Shown one piece after another: positions 30,082-39,293 of a stretch of DNA of 64,000 nt. Made by a program: the position numbers and the translations under genes. The first letter of the stretch is position 1, and the number at the start of each line of letters is the position of its first letter. Location: the NCBI GenBank assembly GCA_030670085.1, contig DAOVCJ010000002.1, positions 4,975-68,974 on the forward strand. Reading direction: 5' to 3'. The notes beneath the pieces are model-generated. The model worked only from the letters and a program-made list of their open reading frames with translations. It searched no databases and was not told the origin of the DNA. The DNA is from Candidatus Aenigmatarchaeota archaeon (GTDB lineage Archaea > Aenigmatarchaeota > Aenigmatarchaeia > QMZP01).

Positions 30082-30480
30082 ATGACGAAGAAGGCCAAAA
30101 AGACAGAAGCCAAGAAAGCAGAGAAAAAGGAAAAGCCAAAAGAAACGAAGGAAAGGTTCGCATTCCCAGAGGCGTGTATTGTAAGGATAATGAGGAAGCA
30201 CCTGGACAAGGAGAAGATGATAAAGAAGGACGTCAAGGTAGGGATGAACAAGTGGCTCGAGAAAGTTTGCTCGAACGTCGCGAAAACCATGAACAAGTTC
30301 CCCTACGTTATGATGACGAAGAGCGAGTTCAGCAGGGGAATAAAGGTTTATGAGACACTAGAAGAGTTCGATAAAGAGAAAGAAAGGATACTCGCTCATA
30401 TGGATGCAATGAAAAAGGACATAGAGAAACTCGAAAGGGATTTGGGCAAGACAGAGCAGGAAGTTCTGGAGATGAGTTAA
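30082..30480 (+). CDS. Histone-fold protein with Lys-rich N-tail and C-terminal coiled coil
   Basis: FPEACIVRIMRK...IKKDVKVGMNKWLE matches histone-fold helix1-loop1-helix2; heptad C-terminus. Confidence 0.7.
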   Translation: MTKKAKKTEAKKAEKKEKPKETKERFAFPEACIVRIMRKHLDKEKMIKKDVKVGMNKWLEKVCSNVAKTMNKFPYVMMTKSEFSRGIKVYETLEEFDKEKERILAHMDAMKKDIEKLERDLGKTEQEVLEMS

Positions 30481-30542
30481 ACCTCCTGGTTCTTTTAAAA
30501 TAAATAAAAACCATTTTACTATACCTAAGTATATAAGCGTAT

Positions 30543-30572
30543 GACGGCTTGACCATATCGGATTAAGCCGTC
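30543..30572 (+). repeat. 30-nt hairpin element copy just 5' of tRNA-Leu
   Basis: AAGCGTAT-GACGGCTT-GACCATATCGGATT-AAGCCGTC. Confidence 0.88.
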
Positions 30573-30584
30573 TCTCAAAGGATC

Positions 30585-30788
30585 GCGGGGGTACCCAAGC
30601 GGTCAAAGCGTATGACGGCTTAAACAGATTGGATAAAGCCGTCTGTGACTAAAGGGGCTAGCCTAAGGAGCTAGTGGCTTAGAACCCTTTTCGTTCCAAA
30701 CACACAAAAGCGTTCGTGGAAAAGAAAGGGTGAGTAATGCCTTCCTGGGTTCGAACCTCGAAAACGAGCGAAAATCCCAGCCCCCGCA
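30585..30788 (+). tRNA. tRNA-Leu(AAG) with three non-canonical BHB introns (approx. 30607-30652, 30684-30736, 30756-30774)
   Basis: Acceptor GCGGGGG/CCCCCGC-A; anticodon arm CTAGC-CTAAGGA-GCTAG; T arm CTGGG/CCCAG; 4-bp helices GGTC:GACT, CTTA:TGAG, TTCG:CGAA each flanked by 3-nt bulges. Confidence 0.9.
30614..30643 (+). repeat. 30-nt hairpin element inside tRNA-Leu intron 1
   Basis: GACGGCTT-AAACAGATTGGATA-AAGCCGTC. Confidence 0.88.
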
Positions 30789-30795
30789 TAATTTC

Positions 30796-31641
30796 TTAGT
30801 AGTAAGTAAGGAACCTCAGGCCCCCATATACCATGGAACATCCCAGACCAAAGTTGCCTAAAAGTTTCCAGAACCCGTCCCATGTCCTGTTTTTTGAGAG
30901 AACATACCTTCTAAGCATCCCCTTTGCAACCCATGCCCTGGGCGGGGAGTAGTTCTGGTTTATGTAATTCATGACCTCCATGTAGGACCTTGCTAACCTC
31001 TTCTTTGCCCAGTCCATCAGAACAGAAAGGGACATGTAATCTGTCTGGAATTCCACCCTACCGGCTTTTATCTCCTTCAGGGCACTGTCAAGGTCATACG
31101 CATTCATTTCATTCACAGCCAGACCAAACATGTCCTCTGTATGGGAATCAGATCCCACCACCATGGGTTTTCCAAACTCCTCTGCCTTGTTAAAGGCTAG
31201 CCTGTTCGAGAGCCTGTCAAGGTTCATGGAATTGAACACCTCCACAGCATCCACGTAGTATATCCCGTTCTTAATCCCCTGCCCCCTCAGATCAAACGGG
31301 TGGGGGGCCATTACCAAACCGCCCTGCTCATGGATCTTTTCAACAGTCTCTTGTAAACCAAGGTCCCTGTCTATGTGTTCATTTAGACCCAGCCCAATTA
31401 GATGCCCCTTCCGTGTGCTTATCTCAATACCGGGTATGAAAACCAGTCCGTATTCCCTTGCTGCTCTCTTTGCCTCTTTCCATGCCCTGAAGTCATCATG
31501 ATCTGTTATTGCAACACCAAAAATTCCCCTGAGCCTGGCTGCCTTCATAATCTCCCTTGGAGACATGAACGCCTCCCAAGGTATCTTCTTTCCCAACGAG
31601 TAATGGGAGTGACAGTGGAGCTCGAATTTCATCACTTTCAC
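30796..31641 (-). CDS. PHP-domain phosphoesterase
   Basis: LHCHS, AITDHD, GIEI, APHPF, GSDSH. Confidence 0.92.
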   Translation of the reverse strand: MKVMKFELHCHSHYSLGKKIPWEAFMSPREIMKAARLRGIFGVAITDHDDFRAWKEAKRAAREYGLVFIPGIEISTRKGHLIGLGLNEHIDRDLGLQETVEKIHEQGGLVMAPHPFDLRGQGIKNGIYYVDAVEVFNSMNLDRLSNRLAFNKAEEFGKPMVVGSDSHTEDMFGLAVNEMNAYDLDSALKEIKAGRVEFQTDYMSLSVLMDWAKKRLARSYMEVMNYINQNYSPPRAWVAKGMLRRYVLSKNRTWDGFWKLLGNFGLGCSMVYGGLRFLTYY

Positions 31642-31709
31642 CTAACACTTATTATTTAATAAACACAACAATTATAATATTAACCCATTATAAATGTTTA
31701 ATACTAATA

Positions 31710-32438
31710 GTGCAGATGGTGATTAATATCAAAGTACCTACCAGCTTGGGAATCATACCGGATGGAAACAGGAGATTCGCCAAGAGGCTTCTTGAGAACC
31801 CAGGAAAGGGACATGAATGGGGAATGAAAAAGATAGAGAAAATTATGGAGTGGTGCAGGGAGCTGAATATAAAGAATGTAACCTTCTATACACTCTCTCT
31901 TGAGAACCTGGACAGAAGGCCGAAGGAGGAGCTGGATTTTCTCTTTGCCCTTGCGAGAAACGAGCTCACTGATGTCATAAACAACCCCAACCACTGGGTC
32001 CATGAGACCAGGACAAGAATGAGTTTTTTCGGCCAGCTTCACAGGCTCCCGGAGGATCTGCAGGAAAGGGTAGAGAGGGCAAGGGAAAAGACAAAGAACT
32101 ACAAAGACTACAATCTGAATCTTGCGATAGCCTACGGAGGCAGGCAGGAGATACTGGATGCTGTTAGGAGAATAGCATCAGAGATTTCGGAGGGGAGGCT
32201 CTCACCCAATGATATCAATGAACTAGTCTTTAGGCATAACCTCTACACAGATGGAACACCTGACCCTGACCTGATAATAAGGACTGGTGGGGAGAAGAGG
32301 ACTTCTAATTTCCTGACCTTCCAGTCAACCTACTCTGAGCTCATATTCCTGGACACACTGTGGCCCGAGCTTGAGAAAGAGGAGTTTTTCAACGCTGTGA
32401 GGGAGTTTATGGAGAGGGAAAGGAGATTCGGAAGATAG
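31710..32438 (+). CDS. uppS: cis-Prenyltransferase
   Basis: IPDGNRR, SLEN, YGGRQEI, DLIIRTGGEKRTSNF, RRFG. Confidence 0.96.
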   Translation: MQMVINIKVPTSLGIIPDGNRRFAKRLLENPGKGHEWGMKKIEKIMEWCRELNIKNVTFYTLSLENLDRRPKEELDFLFALARNELTDVINNPNHWVHETRTRMSFFGQLHRLPEDLQERVERAREKTKNYKDYNLNLAIAYGGRQEILDAVRRIASEISEGRLSPNDINELVFRHNLYTDGTPDPDLIIRTGGEKRTSNFLTFQSTYSELIFLDTLWPELEKEEFFNAVREFMERERRFGR

Positions 32439-32525
32439 GCGTATGATACTGATTTTCTGGTAAAAATGAGCCAAAAACCGCTAAAAAGAGCAAAACATTT
32501 ATATACTTGATGGTTAATCTAATAT

Positions 32526-32634
32526 AATCCGGCCCTACGGGGTAAAATAAGGATTTAAATACCGGATTCAAAATTCAAAGGTTTGATGTTGAATCTTTGA
32601 TTCAACAGCTGTAAAACAACAAAGTTGTTTTACA
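32526..32634 (+). promoter_or_regulatory. Structured 5' leader of EF-1alpha gene
   Basis: TTTATATA near 32498, then hairpins AATCCGG/CCGGATT, TGTTGAATC/GATTCAACA, TGTAAAACAAC/GTTGTTTTACA. Confidence 0.55.
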
Positions 32635-32663
32635 TTTGATATTCAATATGGAGGTGTATTAAC

Positions 32664-33932
32664 ATGGCAGATAAACCACATATCAACGTAATAACAGCAG
32701 GTCATGTAGACCACGGCAAATCAACCCTAATCGGAAGACTATTGTTCGATTCAGGTTCACTATCAGATCAGGAACTCAGGAAGCTCAAGGAGAAAGCGAA
32801 AGAACTGAAGAAGGAAACATTCGAGTTCGCTTTCGTTATGGATCAGCTGAAGGAGGAAAGAGAGAGGGGTTTGACCATAGACCTCATGTACAAACCAATA
32901 CAAACAGACAAGCTGTACATAACCATAATCGACTGCCCAGGACACAGGGATTTCATCAAGAACATGATAACGGGAGCGAGCCAGGCAGATGCAGCTATTC
33001 TAGTCGTATCAGCAAAGGATGGGGTACAGGAGCAGACAAAGGAGCACCTATACCTCGCAAAGGTTCTTGGAATCACACAGATAGTTGTAGCAGTTAACAA
33101 GATGGACACTGTGGATTACAAAGAAGACAAGTACAATGAGGTAAAGGAGCAGGTTGGCAAGATACTGACAACCCTTGGATACAAGATGGACGATGTACCA
33201 TTCATACCGGTTTCTGCATACGTTGGAGACAACGTGGTCAAGAAATCAGACAAGCTTGGGTGGTTCAAGGGACCGATTTTGATAGAAGCCCTTGACAAGA
33301 CATTCAAGGCACCAGAAAAGCCAGTGGACAAGCCCTTGAGGCTGCCTGTTCAGGATGTCTACACCATAACTGGTGTGGGAACCGTTCCTGTAGGAAGAGT
33401 TGAGACAGGCGTTATGAAGCCAGGAGACAAGATAGTCTTCATGCCAAGCGGCGCAAAGGGTGAAGTAAAGTCAATAGAGATGCACCACAAGCAGCTGGAA
33501 AAGGCAGAGCCAGGAGACAACGTTGGTTTCAACGTGAGAGGTGTAGCGAAAAACGAGATCAGAAGGGGAGATGTTGTCGGACATGACAAAAACCCACCAA
33601 CAGTCGCAAAAGAGTTCACTGGACAGATAATCGTGCTGCAGCATCCGACTGTGGTGACCAAGGGTTATACGCCAGTGTTCCACACCCACACAGCACACGT
33701 TGCATGCAAGATAACAGAGATAGTGAAGAAGATCGATCCGAAGTCAGGAGCAACCATACAGGAGAAACCAGACATGCTGAAATCCGGTGACGCAGCTATA
33801 ATCAAGGTGCAGCCAACACAACCACTCGCTGTAGAAAAGCAGTCAGACTTCCCACAGCTTGCAAAGTTTGCAATCAGGGACATGGGCAAGACAGTTGCCG
33901 CAGGTATCATAATAGACTTGGTAAAGGCTTAA
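32664..33932 (+). CDS. tuf: Elongation factor 1-alpha
   Basis: [37 protein letters not shown]. Confidence 0.98.
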   Translation: MADKPHINVITAGHVDHGKSTLIGRLLFDSGSLSDQELRKLKEKAKELKKETFEFAFVMDQLKEERERGLTIDLMYKPIQTDKLYITIIDCPGHRDFIKNMITGASQADAAILVVSAKDGVQEQTKEHLYLAKVLGITQIVVAVNKMDTVDYKEDKYNEVKEQVGKILTTLGYKMDDVPFIPVSAYVGDNVVKKSDKLGWFKGPILIEALDKTFKAPEKPVDKPLRLPVQDVYTITGVGTVPVGRVETGVMKPGDKIVFMPSGAKGEVKSIEMHHKQLEKAEPGDNVGFNVRGVAKNEIRRGDVVGHDKNPPTVAKEFTGQIIVLQHPTVVTKGYTPVFHTHTAHVACKITEIVKKIDPKSGATIQEKPDMLKSGDAAIIKVQPTQPLAVEKQSDFPQLAKFAIRDMGKTVAAGIIIDLVKA

Positions 33933-33946
33933 TTTAATCCTTTACC

Positions 33947-33981
33947 CTTTCTTTTTATTTTTGTTTTGTTAGTTCTTTTTC
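33947..33981 (+). terminator. Oligo-T terminator after tuf
   Basis: Several T-runs just downstream of stop. Confidence 0.55.
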
Positions 33982-34010
33982 TAGCTGAATCGAGATAATC
34001 AGAATAAAAG

Positions 34011-34203
34011 CGCTGGGAGAGGGAAATTCGAGGGACGACTTTTTTCAATATACCCAAGTCGTCATGCGCTTTTCGAACCCCCATGCCCATACGGGCACAC
34101 GCTATTTATTCCCGTTTTTGCTCACCCGCTTTTTGTGAAAGCGGCGAGCTCCTGTAAAAAGCGGGTCTCCAAGCGTGCTCCTTAACCATTCGGACATCCC
34201 AGC
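34011..34203 (-). tRNA. tRNA-Ser(GGA) with two introns (37/38 at 34104-34166; T loop at 34025-34071)
   Basis: Acceptor GCTGGGA/TCCCAGC-G; CACGC-TTGGAG^A-GCGTG; variable arm TGCCC/GGGCA; T-loop BHB TTCG:CGAA. Confidence 0.9.
34034..34063 (-). repeat. 30-nt hairpin element inside tRNA-Ser T-loop intron
   Basis: Minus strand GCGCAT-GACGACTT-GGGTATATTGAAAA-AAGTCGTC. Confidence 0.88.
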
Positions 34204-34227
34204 ACAATCAAGCCCTTATCGCTGTAA

Positions 34228-34422
34228 TCACTGCATAGGATTATGCTCTATTTTATTCTTTAAATCCTTCTTCTTTCCTGGTTTGATCTTTTCTGCACAA
34301 GCCCTACAAACACCGAGCTCATGGTCAAAACAGTTGTTGCAAACTATTGCCCCACACATCCTGCAGGAGTAAGCGGGACTCGCAAGGCCCTTACAGTGCA
34401 TGCAGATACCTGCTTTTTCCAT
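34228..34422 (-). CDS. Small zinc-finger protein
   Basis: Four CxxC pairs in 64 aa. Confidence 0.8.
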   Translation of the reverse strand: MEKAGICMHCKGLASPAYSCRMCGAIVCNNCFDHELGVCRACAEKIKPGKKKDLKNKIEHNPMQ

Positions 34423-34457
34423 ATATATACTTCAGAATAAGTATATAAAATGATTAT

Positions 34458-35411
34458 ATGAAGACAATGATTCTCACCCATGCCGATTGCGATGGGATGT
34501 GCGCAGGAGCGATTGCCCTGGCAAGATTCCCTGATGCAAATGTATTCTTCACAAAGCCCGTTTCCCTATACCACGACCTCCAGAACACAGAGGCAGACAG
34601 AATAATAATAACTGATATAGCTCTGACAAAGCGGGATGCTCCAAACATATTAAAACTCTTCGGGGAAAAGAATGAGATTCTTTACTTCGATCACCACATA
34701 GTTCCCAGAACCATCAAAAAACAGGAGATAGGTAAGAAAGTCAAGGTCTTCATTCACGAACTGGACACGAGCTCCTCTGAGATAATATACAGGTATTACC
34801 AGAAGGATATTCCCAGGGAGAGAGTATGGATCGCGATTTACGGAGCGATAGGAGATTATTCAGATGATACTGAATTCGTGAAGGAAAGAATACTCAACTG
34901 GGACAGGAGGGCCCTGTTCTTTGAGGTCTCCACCATAGTATTGGGGATAAAGAACGATGAGTTCGAGGGTTATGATGCAAAGAGAAGGATAGTCAGGACC
35001 CTTGCAAGGGGTGAGAACCCTTCTGACGTTCCAGGCCTTGTGAAATCCGCAAAGGAGGCGGTGAACAGGGAGTTCGACCTGTACGAAATTATAAAAAGGA
35101 AAGCGAAAGTTTTTGGAAATATCGCCTACACCAAGGATTTACCATCATTTGGCTTCAGGGGTCCGTCTGCCCTTTTTGCTGCAACCACTAGGGGAAAGCC
35201 ATTAGGCCTTTACGTCCACACAAGGGAGAAATACATCGATATAACCATGAGAGCCAGAACCAAAAAACTCAGGCTGAACGAACTCGCAGAAGACGCGGCT
35301 GAGGCGGTTAAGGGGTCCGGTGGGGGGCACCCAGAAGCTGCGGGGGCAAAGATACCCGTAGGTAGCTTCAATATGTTTCTGAAGAATCTTAACAAACTGA
35401 TTCAGATATAA
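34458..35411 (+). CDS. DHH/DHHA1 phosphoesterase
   Basis: HADCDG, TDI, FDHH, GGGHPEAAG. Confidence 0.93.
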   Translation: MKTMILTHADCDGMCAGAIALARFPDANVFFTKPVSLYHDLQNTEADRIIITDIALTKRDAPNILKLFGEKNEILYFDHHIVPRTIKKQEIGKKVKVFIHELDTSSSEIIYRYYQKDIPRERVWIAIYGAIGDYSDDTEFVKERILNWDRRALFFEVSTIVLGIKNDEFEGYDAKRRIVRTLARGENPSDVPGLVKSAKEAVNREFDLYEIIKRKAKVFGNIAYTKDLPSFGFRGPSALFAATTRGKPLGLYVHTREKYIDITMRARTKKLRLNELAEDAAEAVKGSGGGHPEAAGAKIPVGSFNMFLKNLNKLIQI

Positions 35412-37501
35412 TCCCTGCCCACGTATTCTACAACGTCACCCATACCCGAGGGTATGACCACCTGGAATTCATCAAGAGGGATTTGCTCTATTAGGCTCTT
35501 GTCTTCTGGCCTTGCCTTTATCAGTATCTTGCTCTTTATGTTTTTTGCCAGCTCCATGGACTTCTTGAACCCCGGTCTTATGGTTACAAAGTAATCCGAA
35601 TTCTTCCTGATCGCCATCACAGGCCCGGACAGAACATTTGCTACTCTCTCCTCCCTGTCTATCTTCACACCAACAGAGAGCTTGAGCTCCATGTTCCTGT
35701 ACCATTCCCTCTCCCCATGTATCATAAAGGAACCCTTTGGCAGGTACTGTCCTGAAGGAGGGGTTTTTGAAACCCGGTCCGGGTTCACAGAGAAGATATC
35801 CACGTTTCCCATCCCCCTTGCCCATGCCTTGGAGTTCGCAGCCGCGAATTCAGCGGCCTCCTTTTTCGTCTCCTCAGGGATGTCATGACCCTCTGACTTT
35901 ATGATCACGAACGCAGCTCCCGGAATGTCTGCATGAAAAACCTGGTCCTTGCCCTCGGTATGCTTCTTCAGCAGCGTCTCATTCTGACTCGCATTCCGTC
36001 CGGCCACGACCAGGAACCCCTGTGATGAACAGAACCACTTGAACTTCTCAAACCACTTTCTCCTGGGCCTCGGTTTGGCCTCCAGGGAGGTTTCCAAGGG
36101 GGTTTCCAGAACTGTTTCCTTCCATTCTGTTTCATTTTCTTCTATTGGTTTTGGCTCTTCCTCATATCCCCTTTTCTCAACAGGGAAAACCTCCTTCCTG
36201 AAATCCCTCTGCTCCTGCTCAATAACCTCCTTCTCTGCCCGCTCAAGCTTTCCCTCATGTTCTTCCTTTGCTTCCTCTGTTCCCCCAAACTTCTTCTTTG
36301 CCCACTTGGCATCCTCATAGTATTTCTGCGCGTTCTCCTCAGGACTCTTTCTAATATCTATCAGAACATCCTTTCCCCCGAGATCCAGTATCACAACACC
36401 ATCATTCTCCCTTATCTCTTTTATTGCTTCAGCCTCTGGCGTCCCTTCAGACTTTATTCTCTGCTTTATCTCATCCCAGGAAAGCCCAGAATCCTTCGCT
36501 TTTCTTATCCCATTCAATACACCCTCAACCGTTGAGTAGTTATTGTAAATCCTCTCAGCTGAATCTCTGGAATCCTTCTCAATCCTCTCCCATTTCTCCA
36601 ATGCTTCTTCCTGACGCTCAACTATCCTCTCCACCTTCTCCTTCTTCTCCTCAACCACCTCCTTGACCTTCTCCTTCGCTATTTCTATCTCCTGTCCAGA
36701 AAAGAACTCATCCAATGCTTCTGAAAAACTTCCGAAGGGTTTTGATTCCCTTTCCTTGAATATCTCCAGTGGGAATGGTGAAACAGTTTCATCATAAATC
36801 CTAGACTCCGGCTTCTCGTCACCTATGCCTGCAATCACCTCATGCAGTTTTAGTATGTCATTGAAATTCAGATCGTTTGTAAGCTTACCCTCATCAATTC
36901 TCGCTCTCGAGCAGATCTCTGATGCATACACAGAACCGAACCCGAGGTTTTTTGCAAGGTAAGCTATCGTTTTCTTCTCCACCCTCGCAAGCGAGCGTTT
37001 CAGGGAATCCAGGTCGAGCTCGAAGGGATTCGAGGGTTTTGGAGGATATTTATAAGGGCTCTTGGGTCTGATCTCCCTGTCCCTCCACCTCTGAACCTGC
37101 AAGGGCATTATAACCTCGTAGGATGTATCGCAAAGGATAACGTTTCCCGGCGACAACAGCTCAAAAATTAGGATGCTCTCAGCTGTGGATACCTCGACTA
37201 TTCTGTCAAAATCATGCTGCTTAACATCGAGAATCTTCTTACCCATCAGATGCTTCCTAAGGAACATGCAGAAGCTTGGCGGCTCTTGGGGTATTGCTTT
37301 CTTTCGCTTGGTAAGGAATATCTTCTTTCCGTCGGCGTACAGCCAGAACGCCCCCTTTGCGGGAACGAAGATCTCGAAGAGGAACTGCTTCGTTTTCCCC
37401 CCATACTGATAGATCTTCCTGAACATCCCCCCTGTTAAATTCTCCCTCAGTTCCTTTACCAGGAATTTCAAATCCAGAGAGGTTATTTCTGTTTTCTCCA
37501 T
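35402..37501 (-). CDS. rqcH: Ribosome quality-control factor Rqc2/RqcH (NFACT)
   Basis: FCMFLRKHL, FDRIV, WFEKFKWF, HADIPGA, YLPKGSFMIHG. Confidence 0.93.
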   Translation of the reverse strand: MEKTEITSLDLKFLVKELRENLTGGMFRKIYQYGGKTKQFLFEIFVPAKGAFWLYADGKKIFLTKRKKAIPQEPPSFCMFLRKHLMGKKILDVKQHDFDRIVEVSTAESILIFELLSPGNVILCDTSYEVIMPLQVQRWRDREIRPKSPYKYPPKPSNPFELDLDSLKRSLARVEKKTIAYLAKNLGFGSVYASEICSRARIDEGKLTNDLNFNDILKLHEVIAGIGDEKPESRIYDETVSPFPLEIFKERESKPFGSFSEALDEFFSGQEIEIAKEKVKEVVEEKKEKVERIVERQEEALEKWERIEKDSRDSAERIYNNYSTVEGVLNGIRKAKDSGLSWDEIKQRIKSEGTPEAEAIKEIRENDGVVILDLGGKDVLIDIRKSPEENAQKYYEDAKWAKKKFGGTEEAKEEHEGKLERAEKEVIEQEQRDFRKEVFPVEKRGYEEEPKPIEENETEWKETVLETPLETSLEAKPRPRRKWFEKFKWFCSSQGFLVVAGRNASQNETLLKKHTEGKDQVFHADIPGAAFVIIKSEGHDIPEETKKEAAEFAAANSKAWARGMGNVDIFSVNPDRVSKTPPSGQYLPKGSFMIHGEREWYRNMELKLSVGVKIDREERVANVLSGPVMAIRKNSDYFVTIRPGFKKSMELAKNIKSKILIKARPEDKSLIEQIPLDEFQVVIPSGMGDVVEYVGRDYI

Positions 37502-37530
37502 GCTTAAGAATTGGTACCCGGAGATTAAAT

Positions 37531-38274
37531 TTATATGTTCAAGGAAAAGAATTTGATTGCATTTTTCCTAGCATGCTCTAGGACTTCTTCCTTCGAAATC
37601 TTCTTTATGTCAGCGATCTTTTCTGCAGATATCTTTATGTTCCATGGGTAGTTGGGTTCTGGCCTGTTAGGGGAAAGCCAGGGAGCATCTGTCTCCAGGA
37701 GAATCTTTTCCAAGGGTATAATCTTGACCAGTTTCTTGTGGTTCTTGGAAAAGCATACCTGTGTTGAGACAGATATCCAGAACCCATTGTCAAGGATATG
37801 CTGTGCAAGCTCCCTTGACCCAGAGAAGCAGTGAAAAACACACCTTAATCCCGAGTCCTTGACCATCTCAAAACAGTCCTGCTCAGCGTCCCATGAATGT
37901 ATGACCAGCGGGAGCTTCGTTTTCTTTGCGATGTCAATAAACTTCTGGAAGATTTTTTTCTGCTCTTCTCTCTTTTGAGGGTCCTTTTCCCAATGATAAT
38001 CCAAGCCACATTCCCCCACCCCGACTATCTTGTCGCGGTTTTTCTCAATGAGTTCTAAAACGCCTTCATGGTTTGTTCCCTCTGTCGGGTGGAAGCCAAG
38101 GGTGGGGAAGATGAATTTTTCGTTTTTCCCAGCCAGCTCCACGACCCTCAGACCCTCGTCATACCTTGCAGAAGACACGACGATACCAGCCATCTCCTTC
38201 TTCGCTTTTTCAACTACTTCATCCACACTCTTGTATGCTCCTGGAAAACAAAGGTGGCAGTGTATGTCAATCAT
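37531..38274 (-). CDS. tatD: TatD-family nuclease
   Basis: DIHCHL, GFHP, GECGLDY, HCFSG, LETDAP. Confidence 0.95.
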   Translation of the reverse strand: MIDIHCHLCFPGAYKSVDEVVEKAKKEMAGIVVSSARYDEGLRVVELAGKNEKFIFPTLGFHPTEGTNHEGVLELIEKNRDKIVGVGECGLDYHWEKDPQKREEQKKIFQKFIDIAKKTKLPLVIHSWDAEQDCFEMVKDSGLRCVFHCFSGSRELAQHILDNGFWISVSTQVCFSKNHKKLVKIIPLEKILLETDAPWLSPNRPEPNYPWNIKISAEKIADIKKISKEEVLEHARKNAIKFFSLNI

Positions 38275-38325
38275 AAGTTTATAATGAGCAAAGAATATAT
38301 TAAATGTTTTCAAATAACTGGTATT

Positions 38326-38760
38326 ATGAAAATCGTAATCTGCGGCAGTGTGAATTTCCCGGAAAAGATAAGGGAAATCGAGAAGCAGCTTCTAGAGATG
38401 GGCCACGAGGTTGTGATACCCTATAGTATAATAAAACACAACCTAAAAAGCTACGAGGATGCCCAGAAAATAAAGGATAACAAAGAGTTTGTAAAGGCAA
38501 TAAAACCCGAACTAACCATAAGGCACTTCAATGAGATAAAGAAAGCCGATGCCATACTCGTGGTGAATGTGGAGAAGAATGGCATACCCGATTACATTGG
38601 CGGGGCAACCTTCGCCGAACTGATGTTCGCTTTCTACGAAAAGAAGAAGATATTTCTGCTGAATCCCATACCTGTTCATGAAAAAATAAGCATTCTCCAG
38701 GATGAGATAGAGGGAGTTCATCCTATTGTGATAAATGGTAATTTGGATTTGATAAAATAA
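38326..38760 (+). CDS. Nucleoside 2-deoxyribosyltransferase-like protein
   Basis: MKIVICGS, IKKADAILVVN, YIGGATFAE. Confidence 0.7.
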   Translation: MKIVICGSVNFPEKIREIEKQLLEMGHEVVIPYSIIKHNLKSYEDAQKIKDNKEFVKAIKPELTIRHFNEIKKADAILVVNVEKNGIPDYIGGATFAELMFAFYEKKKIFLLNPIPVHEKISILQDEIEGVHPIVINGNLDLIK

Positions 38761-38762
38761 TT

Positions 38763-39293
38763 CTAGCACACCTTTTCTCCCTGTTCTTCCATCAGGGTCT
38801 GGTTGACATAGATGGGGGTTGCTGTCCTGACTGCGATTGCAATTGCATCGCTTGGCCTTGAATCGAGATTCAGAATTCGAGTTCCCTGCACCAGAAACAG
38901 CCTTGAAAAATATGCGTTCTCCCTCATATCAGTAACCTTTACCATTATCGGCTTCATGTCAAAGGCATCGAGTATGTTTCTCATGATGTCATGGGATGTT
39001 GGTCTGAAATCCAGAACTCCCTCGAGACCATCCTTTATCGACTTCGTCTGGAACCCGTTCGTGATCATTGTCAGTCTCCTGCAGCCGGAAAAAAGGTATA
39101 TCTTGTCTTCATCCACATCAATGCTGGCCCTGGAAAATCCATCGATTGACAGTTGGGGTATCTTTATCAAATCTTCATAAGTCAGGTCCTGCTTTCCCTC
39201 ATAAATAACCATGCCTATAGGACTAAAACCTGCTATGTATATCCCAACCAACATTCCTATCAACAGTATCGCAATACCTACTAGTATTTTCAT
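38763..39293 (-). CDS. Bifunctional nuclease (DUF151) with N-terminal membrane anchor
   Basis: RPTSHD, LDSRPSDAIAIAVR; hydrophobic residues 3-22. Confidence 0.88.
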   Translation of the reverse strand: MKILVGIAILLIGMLVGIYIAGFSPIGMVIYEGKQDLTYEDLIKIPQLSIDGFSRASIDVDEDKIYLFSGCRRLTMITNGFQTKSIKDGLEGVLDFRPTSHDIMRNILDAFDMKPIMVKVTDMRENAYFSRLFLVQGTRILNLDSRPSDAIAIAVRTATPIYVNQTLMEEQGEKVC

